From Syncephalis fuscata S228 (Eukaryota > Fungi > Zoopagomycota), in the NCBI GenBank assembly GCA_025786725.1, contig JAHLTZ010000038.1, positions 62,001-126,000 on the forward strand: a stretch of 64,000 bases of DNA. The letters run 5' to 3'. The notes under the pieces are model-generated. The model saw only the letters and a list, made by a program, of their open reading frames with translations. It ran no database searches and had not been told where the DNA came from. Within the stretch, counting starts at the first letter, position 1. Each line of letters starts with the position of its first letter. Of the stretch, positions 53,620 through 64,000 are shown piece by piece. Both the position numbers and the translations under genes were made by a program.

Positions 53620-56600
53620 ATGTCTGCCGCCGTCAATGCCGTCGGTTCCGAACACCAAGCTTGTGATGGCACGGGTGGCACTCGTGTTGGAGATACGAGA
53701 TTACTTGTCGTATCCAACCGACTACCTATTACGATTAAACAAACAGAAAACCAAGAATGGACCTTTGCCATGAGCTCAGGTGGTCTAGTCTCGGCACTAA
53801 GTGGCGTTAAGAAGCTAATGTCGTTTACGTGGATTGGCTGGCCAGGTCAGTAGTCATAGCCAATAGATCATTATATGCTGCGTAACTAAGCAAATGCATA
53901 TATAGGCTTGGATATTAAAGAAGAGGAACGCGAAAAGGTACAGAGCCAGCTTATGGCGGAGCACTCGTGCGTGCCCGTATTTCTCGACGACGAACTAGCC
54001 GATGCTCATTATAACGGCTTCTCTAACAGGTAATGATTTTTGCTACTGTCATTGTGGCCGTTGCTGTTCAGTTAGCATATAGCCTAATCTAACACGATTT
54101 TATTTAGCATTTTATGGCCACTTTTCCATTATCACCCAGGAGAGATCTCGTTTGACGAAGCACATTGGGACGCGTACCAAGAGGCCAATGCCCGGTTTGC
54201 CGATGCCATTGCCGAGACGGTACAAGACGGCGATCTAGTTTGGGTGCAAGACTACCATCTTATGCTACTGCCCCGTATGTTGCGTCAGCGTATATGCGCA
54301 ACTAAACCGAATGTACGCATTGGTTGGTTTTTGCATACACCGTTCCCCTCTTCAGAGATCTATCGCATCTTACCTGTTCGTAAAGAAGTGCTACTTGGTG
54401 TACTCGATGCCGATCTATTGGGCTTCCATACGTATGATTATGCACGCCATTTCCTTAGTTCATGTACACGTATTCTTGGTTTATCAACACTGCCAAACGG
54501 TGTTGAATATGAAGGCCGTACAGTCCATATTGGCACTTTCCCAATTGGTATTGATCCGGAAAAGTTTGAAGAGGTAAATACTAAGCTTTATTAATGCATC
54601 TTCTGTTTTGTTAACAGCTTTAATTAGGGACTGACCAAGCCATCGGTTGTTGAGCGTATTACACGGTTAAAAGAAAAGTTTGCCGGCGTTAAACTCATTG
54701 TTGGCGTTGATCGACTCGACTATATCAAGGGAGTGCCACAGAAGATGCACGCCTTTGAAGTATTCCTCGAAGAACATCCAGAATGGCGTGGTAAAGTTGT
54801 TCTGGTACAAGTGGCTGTGCCCTCTCGACAAGATGTTGAAGAGTACCAGAATCTACGTATGATTGTCAATGAGCTAGTGGGTCGTATTAATGGACGATTT
54901 GGTAAGCTATTGGCAGTATAAAAAACTAGCATTATTTACTAGATTGTAGGTACAATTGAGTTTACACCTATTCATTATATGCACCAATCGGTCAGCTTTG
55001 AAGAATTGGTGGCCCTCTATGCCGTCTCGGACGTTTGTCTTGTTTCATCAACTCGAGACGGTATGAATCTGGTAGGCATACAGTCAATATTGCTACTATT
55101 ATGCTTAATTTAATGCTATACAGGTTTCATACGAATATATCGCCAGTCAACCTGATAGACATGGTGTATTGATTCTAAGTGAGTTTGCCGGCGCTGCCCA
55201 GTCATTAAATGGTAATTAATACAAAAGCATTTTAAATAATAGCATTAATGGATGTATGCCATTCTACTAGGATCGGTTATTGTTAATCCATGGGATACAG
55301 AAGATTTGGCTAATGCCATTCACACGGCAGTTACTATGCCTGATGAATTACGTAAATCAAATCATGAAAAACTATTCCGATATGTAACCAAGTATACGGC
55401 AGCATATTGGGGTAATTCATTCGTTAATGAGTTACGTATGATTATCAGCGATGATGCACAACAGCAACAGCGTCGACTTGCCCACCTTACAGCAGATCAT
55501 GTCATTGATCTATATCAGAAATCTACAAAGAGACGTGTAAGTAACACTAATATTGATATATAATATTATGCCAATATTATTAATAATGGTTCATTAGGTT
55601 ATTCTACTGGATTATGATGGTACATTAACAGCTGTACATCGATTACCTGATTTCGGTAATTAGCCTTATATAATCTAATGTATTTAATAACTAATAGTAA
55701 CCAATCTAGCAAAACCATCGGCAACTGTACTGGATAATCTTACACGACTTGCTGCCTTGCCCAATACTTACGTCTACATTCTATCTGGTCGCGGTCGACA
55801 ACATCTTGACAGTTGGTTCGAAAAGACCGGTGTTGGTCTATTAGCCGAACATGGCTGTTTCTATAAACACCCACCATCATTTGCCGAACAGTATCGTGAA
55901 CATCGCCAACAAGCACTACAATCCAACAACAATGATAACAACCATCATGTAAATGGATCGCCAAATAGTAATGCTTCAAGTAGTGCCAATACCGGCAACG
56001 ATGCCGATAACAATTATCGTATGGGTAAAGACTTGGGCGATGGCTGGTACTGTCTTGTCGATTCATCCGACAAGAGTTGGCGTGATACTATCGGCCCATT
56101 GTTCCGCCACTACACAGAACGTACACCTGGCTCGTTTATTGAAGAGAAGGAAATCAACATTACTTGGCATTATCGCAATGCCGATCCTGAATTCGGTGCC
56201 TGGCAAGCCAGTGAATTGCAAGTCAATCTCGAGAAGATTCTAAGTCATATGGCACTCTCGGTAAGTAATACAGCCTAAATTTACACACTAGCCATCGATC
56301 CAATTACTTATCGCTATTTAATTAGATTATTATGGGCAATAAGACGCTTGAACTAAGACCATCGGCTGCTGATAAAGCAACCGGTGCGCGTACCATTTTA
56401 AAGGACCTTGGTCTAAGCGAGGATGACATTGACTTTTGTCTATGTATCGGTGATGGTAAAACAGATGAGCCAGTATTTACAGCCATTAATCACTCAGATC
56501 TACCGGGAGCCATTAGCTGTACTGTTGGACGTAAACAAACAGAAGCCAACTTTTACTTGTCAGGTGTTGATCAAGTACAAACCATACTGCGCCAGTTAGC

Positions 56601-56637
56601 GTTGTCATCGGCATCGTCATCAACAACTAGTCAATAG
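53620..56637 (+). CDS. TPS1: Trehalose-6-phosphate synthase with a C-terminal HAD trehalose-phosphatase domain
   Basis: LLVVSNRLP, SSGGLVSAL, HYNGFSNSILWPLFHYH, QDYHL, VDRLDYIKGVPQK, RDGMNLVSYEY; TPP motifs LLDYDGTL, LSGR, AEHG and IGDGKTDE. Confidence 0.95.
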
Positions 56638-56949
56638 TTACAATTGTTAATGATCATGACAGTAATATTAGTAATATTAGTAGTGGTAGCAGTAGTAGTA
56701 GCAGTAATGCAAATAAATAATTGTGGAATCTATATTATTACTATTTAACTATACTAATCTATTCTAATCCAATCTAATTACAATAATGACATTTAATAAC
56801 AACTTAACAAAACAATAGATCTATATACACAAATATCCTATTATATACGATCAACTCATCAGCAATCATAATACCATTTAGATTAAATTAAAACGACAAT
56901 TCTTTATCCAAATGCACACATACACGCACAAATGTATAGAATGTACTTC

Positions 56950-57579
56950 TTAAAAATAACTATTTTCAGGTGGTTGCGGCAACTTGGCATTATGATGGTT
57001 TGCCATATCTCTAAAAGAAATATATACATACAATAAATACATTAATCCTATTTATATCTATTAAAGTGCATGACTTACTGTCGAAGACTGACCAATATCG
57101 TTTCAAGTGTATAATCACGCTTCCAATGCTTTAGACACGCAACCTTTGACGGTTCAACATGGCCGGTCTCCTTATTGACACACGGCAAATTGATACGAGA
57201 AGTAAACGAGATAACTGGTGGTTCATCGGGATAATTGGGTCCGCAGTGTATTGTTAGACTATAGATACGATTTTCATGTACCGTCTACAACCAGCCATAC
57301 TAAATTAATACAATCAATAGTAAAATGGCCCTACGACTTACTCGACCCGGTCCAAGAATGGTTCCATTCCACGCCGACATCATTATATCATCAGAGTCTG
57401 CCAATCCATAACTGCAAGACCCATCACCTATGCCTTTCTCGCCTTTCTCGAGTTCTTCCAACAAACGAAAGTTACGTGGCACTAATCATCATAAGTGGTT
57501 CCAATAACATAATAAATACGGATGAGTTTATGGCACAACAACAGCGTCAATATTGGTTCATTCACTTACCAACTGCCAT
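56950..57579 (-). CDS. MMS2: Ubiquitin-conjugating enzyme variant (UEV) Mms2
   Basis: MAV|[50 protein letters not shown]. Confidence 0.96.
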
Positions 57580-57917
57580 TGTAGAATACGATAGCAAGGA
57601 TAGATGCTGTGTGCAAGTTATGTTCAGTGATAGCAATCAATGAATGTAACTGCTAATAACAAACGCTATAATAGACACAGGAATAGAAGCGTATAGCAAT
57701 AGTATTGCCGTTGTTGGTGGAGTATAGAAGAAAGAAGAGAGAAGAAAGAAATGACGTGCATCTCAATAGATCAACATCCACACACATCCACATCCACACA
57801 CAATAGACAATAGATTATTAGATCAGTTAATTCATTTGTAACATAATTAGTATACATTATAGACATCGATGCCACCATTACTATCATTATTATTATTATG
57901 GTGTTATACCTATTTAC

Positions 57918-59526
57918 TTATTCTGATGAAGTGATATTGTCATGCTGATTAGCAATGACAGATCGATTGAAAATGATACTTTTTAATGCTTCTGTCAGAA
58001 TACCGTGTGATGTCTCAACAGTAATACGGGAACTGTGTCATTATGATGCATTACTATTGATATCATTATTGTTATTGTTGTTTACTTACCAGTCATGAAC
58101 AATGGCCGATAATGGACCAGTGCTTGATTTTGATCCATCGTCGGTTGATTCGTAAATTTGTTTTGGTTTTGAGCGCATACGCTGTGAACTTGGTCGATCA
58201 CCGAAATCATATCCACCAGAAATGCCCTGGCTTCCTCCGGCACCACCACCGGCCATTGAGGAACGGCCACGTCGATCAACTTTGGCGGCACTTTGTTCCA
58301 GCTTCTCTGCCAGATCCGCCATCATGCGTGTCGTGTAATCGTAGTTCTACACAGTGTTGATTAAATGAGATGGTTACAACTATGCTCTAAACTACTTACA
58401 GCAATTAAAGGTGATTGTGATAGTGTATGGGTCCAATATTTATTCCACAACTGTTCCAACAACTTGGTATCCAACGATGATTTGAAGTATGATACTTCCA
58501 ATGGATAGTATCTAATTAATAGTGATGATGATGATTATAGATGTACAACAGCTACCATTTGATATAACTTACCGATTACAATGCACACCAAAATCATCAA
58601 TTTTATTAAGTGGAATACTTTGATATTCATCACGTGTGGCTGATGGTGGTTTATAATCCTACAAATAGCCATTAGTAAATAGTATGATTATAGATTAGAT
58701 AGCTTTTATTTACCTTGGGATAGGTACGGAAAGCACCAATATCTACACGGCCGGCTGACATTGTACGTTTTGGATCAATCTAGTAAATAGTCAAATAACA
58801 TTAACCACTAGTTTATTATAATAACAATGTCACTAGCAATAACTTACCACAATGGCTACAAATGGCTCTTGGTATTGCTGATTAAGCATTTGTGTGTCTA
58901 CATCGATACCTGATAGCCAACAGCCATAACCAGGATGGCTGTGATACCAACCAAGAACATTCTCGAGTCGACCAACCTAGTTGTTGTTAGTCTAATAGCC
59001 ACTCGCAATATTCTACAACAACTGCGGGTACTTACTTGTTGAATGGTTGTTGTGTAGGATACCATGTACTCGTAGCCTTCTGCCTGGGCATTGACACGCG
59101 TCTCAGTTCCTTCAACTGGTAGGGCAAAGGCGTCCATTACAATCATCGTGTCGCCTAGAATCTTGCCTTGCATTAAGCCCATCACTTCGATGTTGCCACC
59201 GGAACGAGCATGCATCACCTAATGTAGTCGCTAAGTGTGGCACACATCGTATTGTAAAACTGCCTCTAGCTTACCATTTTAACAAGCGCAATGGCAGAAA
59301 TCTTTACTTTGGTAAAATGATTGGGACTAATCATCAGTATAAGGCCGTTAATAACGTTGGAATGCAGCACTATCTAGATAATGGCTTACTTGCGGGTCCA
59401 TGGACGATCGTTAAGTGCTGCTTGGTGTTCACGATTGTCGTAGCGATAAATGTCGTCTTGCTGTGGGTCAACGGTGACAATGTTATTTTCGCTTTCAAAC
59501 TGCTTTAAGGCATTGCTGGCGTCCAT
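57918..59526 (-). CDS. CSN5: COP9 signalosome subunit 5 (JAMM deneddylase)
   Basis: [46 protein letters not shown] motif [37 protein letters not shown]. Confidence 0.97.
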
Positions 59527-62500
59527 CGTGGATAGTTTGCAATAAGATAGAACGTACAAGGTTTAACAAAGACGATGGAGTGAGCTATAACGGAAAGGAT
59601 TGTCGAACAACTTACAGTAGTAGTATGACGCAGCCATTGTACTTTGACTCCTATATTTTTATTTACCCATTTCACCGCCTTTTCTTTAGACACAATTAAA
59701 TAATTATCTGTCACTATTACATGTATAATATTACATTCAACATTAATTAATTCATGTGTAATTATCAGTACAATAATATAATCGATTAGTTATCTTTATT
59801 ATTGCTTTAATATATATATTGTCCTTTATTTAGTCAGATTGGCTATAGGGGAAATGACTATTTAATAAACGACTTTATAATAATTATATTAATCTTGATC
59901 TTACATCATAAATATGCCTAAAATACAATAGTAGAATATTAGAAAATAGAAGAGACCATTTAAATGCAACAATTCATTCTGTATGTAGATATAACAAAGA
60001 ACAACAATGATCAACCTCAAATATTTCAAAGAAATTAAATAGTATGTTACATTCTTTATTTAAATGTTTAAAATAACAGCTACTAATACAATGCTCTGTT
60101 GCATTTAATTCTACTTTATGGAAATGATAATGTTATTACATTTATTAATATTTATTATAAATCATGAATTAAACATAAATTAATTTAATCGACTTATTAT
60201 GATTCAATTGGGTATAACAGTTTATTAAACTAAAGTAGAGGGTCAAACATAATTATGCTAATGCAATTATTTAACGATCAACACCAGCAATTTTTTGCTT
60301 GCTTTTGTTTAATATACTATATTTTTGGTATTTATGTATTTAAAGCACATATACTGTAAATCAGTTCTTATGCTTTAGTTAATTAGGTGGAAATAAAATG
60401 CAACTATGCTCATTATGGTTCATGTGCGTATTAAATGGCTATAGTTATCAATCATTTATGCATTAATAAATAGCTATATTGAACAATATAAGATGTTAGT
60501 TAGTTAGGTTATAAATAAGTGACAGTTATACTTGTAGGTATTCGAATAAAAATTAAAGCTGTCCACGATAAATAAAAGTTTTAATCATTTTAGTTGCAGT
60601 AATTGTAAACATGTCAGCTCACTTACAAATTACGTTTAGTTTAAATTTTGAACCACTAGCTATTAATTCAAATTAGCATAATGTTATTTATTATCAAATG
60701 TCAAAATGCATAAAAATTTATTTTGTTATTACATTGAATTCATGCCTCATGTTTTGGCAGTTAATAGATATTAAATCAGATGCATGCTTTACCAACAATG
60801 CATGGAATATCTCCATAAATTGTGCACAGACATAGCTCATTGTAGTGTATATCAGTGAGTAATATCCTTATCACTTGAAGGACATGCACCATGAACTTAT
60901 GCCAACCATTGGCTTGTATAAAAATAACTAACTAAAGCGATGGTATGGGGATGTTGCTTGCCTTAGGCCGTTGATCGACCACGTGGCTATGCATGGTGAC
61001 CGTCTATCGATATATTTTGTTTTTCTTCTATCGGTTCAACGTCCATTTTTGTAAAAAAACTGGTTTTTCTTTTTTTAAACAAGTAAACGAAAGCTTTTGC
61101 TACGCGCTGCTTCCTCCAGTTATCGTCTTGACGGCAAAATGGATTATTTCATACTCCGCTACATTGATAGTGCACGAGAAAAGGAGAAGAAGACAAGTTG
61201 GCAGCCATCTACCAATCATGGCAAGCCTAAGGGCACCAATCAATTGGACATCTGCAACTCAACTTGAGCAACAAACAAGCAAGCAAGCGTTTAATGCGTT
61301 GTCCACAAAAACCATAGGCATTACTATCACTTTGCATCACAGCTGCTGTCGATGATGATTGCGGCTATGACATTCATATTGTACACACACACACACACAC
61401 ACATGCATCCCCATAAAGCCGCACAAACCATTGAGCAGCAGTCTTGTCTCGTGGATTGGATGGTCACCGCATAAAGACGTGGCGCATGTGTTCTAAGGGT
61501 TTGTCCAATGCAGTGACTCCATGGCTGCTTAAAGAACCGTGTACAACGCTTGTGCCATGCCCGAGACCACCAAACTGCTTGAATGGCGCGACAAATGGGC
61601 CCGAGCCATATCTCTATGCGTGTGCGCGTGACATCTGTCCTCCTGCTTCATTGTTTCGTCGTCGGCATCGCTATCTGTGTATAGCCTATGCGCGCGCATA
61701 TGCAAATGTATGTGTGTCACCAATCCTAGGCCATTGGTTCTGAATTTGTACGCAGTAGGATCGTCGCTACCTCCGTAGACTCGACCTCTGCGAATGGTAG
61801 CGTTATTACTGCACTGCATAGGTGGGGCGGCGCGTGCGCGATCTAATGTGACTGAACAGCAAAGTATTTTATTTTTTGGACACATGGAAAAGATAAACGC
61901 AAATAAAGATATTCGTACTCAGATTGTCACGTTGTAAACAAAAAAGAGACGGCCAAAAGCTTATTGAGAGCTGCATCGTTATAGCAGATGTAGCAATATG
62001 CGTGTAAACTGCTATTTTGGTCGTACCATGACGCTCATTTCGCTCTATTTGTCATTTAGAATGATGTTGTGCTATTACAATTCTGTCCATAGCAGCAGCA
62101 AAAGCAGCAGAAGCAGCAGCATTTGATAGAATGCATGACATACATTTGCTTGTCTACGTTCAATCCAATCATCGTTATGCAGTGTACTCGCCTAAACAAA
62201 CGTGGCAAAAAGGAGAGGACGACAAAGCAAAGGCAACGTGGGACCAGTGATTTGCCAGCTTTACAGGATATGCTTCATTATTACTATCACATGGACTAGA
62301 GAAGCAGTCACACCCAGCTATTGTCAATGAATTCCCATCCAAGTATTATGTAGCGATGGTGGTGGTGGTGGTGGCGTTAGACCGGAATCGGAACGCGCAG
62401 CAATGACCACGGCGGCAATATGCGCGCGCGTCAATGGCTGCCTACTCATAATGATGCAGCCTCTACACAAAGGTAGAAACTCGAAATAGCAACGGATCGC

Positions 62501-64000
62501 TGCACTCCGAAGCGTCGAAGGCAACGGCGTCATTGACCCAAGCCGTGTCCACGACAATAAAAATGCCACACGCTAGTATAGCAAGCCCCTCAAGTATTCG
62601 TTGCTCACTCACCTCTTTGGCTTCTTTATATCCCCCTCAAGTTACTGATACATCAACGCTTTCATCTACCCCACCACTTACCATCCCTTTATCGGTCTTT
62701 TACATTGCTGTTATTTTGGGACTTACGTCGATTGTCTACACGGTTTTTTTACTGAGATTAGTGCACTTTATTTTACTCAAGCTCAACTACGTCGTCTATA
62801 CTATCACACCACCACACACTACACTGCTCAATAGATTTACCCACGGATATACGACGCTACCACGCTGGTTACTAGAATCCGTTCTGCTGTTTTTTTATTT
62901 AGAACAAGTTATTTTTGGTATTTCAGTACCGTTCGTCTATATCTCTATCTCTATCTATTGGCCAACATCTTAAGGAAAAAGCCAGCGCCAGCCGCTGTAT
63001 ATATATAGTTTACTCTTTGTTTGACCGAATACAATTGGACCCGACCGGTTGTCAGATACACGATTTGTATTCATTTTTGCCGCTCGTCCGAGTCTAGATT
63101 GTTATAATCGCTATTAGTAGCCACACTTTTACATAGTATTGATTTTATTTGCTCATTTTTGCATCCAAAACCACAAAAACACTCTGTCAATTACAAGTTT
63201 TCCGGTATTCTTTTTCTCTGGTAAGTAGTCATGCCGGATGGTTGGTTATCATCCATATCGTTGCTTGGTATCATGAGGTGAATAGTGCACATGTTGGTAG
63301 AATGGATGAGTGCCCAGACGCACACGTCCACTTCACTCCTGTCATGCCATGTCATGTTATCTTATTGCGTTAGAGCATGATTTTATCTGATGACTAAATG
63401 GCCGCCCACACGCTGGTTGATAGACTGTATTCACGTGCATGCCATGGTCAGCATTGCGGACATTGCTGATGCTGTTACTGCTTTGATGTCACTCGCCCTG
63501 TAGCATGACACTCATCACTTGTCCCATGCGTAAAAATACATCCATGAATACCCACACTATACACCCACACCTCCATCCACACATTACATAGATAGACAGA
63601 TAGACAGACAGGCATTACACACATGCATAGTGTAAAATGCTGCTAGATCTAAAACATTGAAATAGAAGTAAAGGGTCTTGTCTGTCTATCCATCTAATTC
63701 ATCTTCATTCTCATTCTTATACACATCTATACACTACTACACTACTACACTATTAGTATTGTTGCTACTGCTATTCTTCTACTACACTCCTCCTACTCTA
63801 TTACAATTCTGATACTCTCTTGCCTTACTGGCGTTTCTGCTTAACCATCTACCTGTTGGTTTCTTTTTGTCCACTTCACTGGTTTGAAAGCAAGCTATTT
63901 GCCATCTATCTACAGTGATATTCTTTTAGTTTTGTCATTACTGACTATTGTAGATTATATTCTATTCTTTAGCCAAATCTACATATTTTGAATCGTTTAT

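Noticed and set aside
62533-62973. 146-aa hydrophobic ORF
   Set aside because: Non-ATG start, no recognisable motif, and the composition is explained by pyrimidine-rich UTR-like sequence.
63375-63475. Possible C/D box snoRNA (TGATGA...CTGA)
   Set aside because: No convincing terminal stem at the C box and no rRNA-complementary guide that I could recognise.

Overview
AT-rich, intron-dense eukaryotic DNA with 45-70 nt GT-AG introns. The gene content looks like an early-diverging fungus; a Zoopagomycota/Syncephalis-like origin is my inference, not established here. Conserved genes in order: DH-PH RhoGEF, SEC18/NSF, PIC2-type mitochondrial phosphate carrier, ERO1, MBIP-like, C2CD5-like, BET2, MRS6/REP, a 7TM protein, HERP/Usa1-like, Con7-type C2H2 factor, TPS1 fused to an intact TPP domain, MMS2 and CSN5. 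Two gene-poor accessory islands (about 12.1-21.2 kb and 27.6-43.0 kb) interrupt this backbone. They carry two paralogous FHA-like non-RD kinases, an F-box-like gene and a decayed C2H2 gene. Both islands are organised by one family of long inverted-repeat arms with a GTCA-AA-TGAC palindromic tip. Three near-identical ~850 bp arm-core-arm copies have mosaic arms, and in one the core appears flipped relative to the outer arm modules. An arm follows the 3' end of all four accessory genes. About a dozen -1 frameshifts at homopolymers occur in conserved genes in the first 28 kb, most likely assembly errors. No rRNA, tRNA or CRISPR array was recognised. Exon coordinates were traced by eye.
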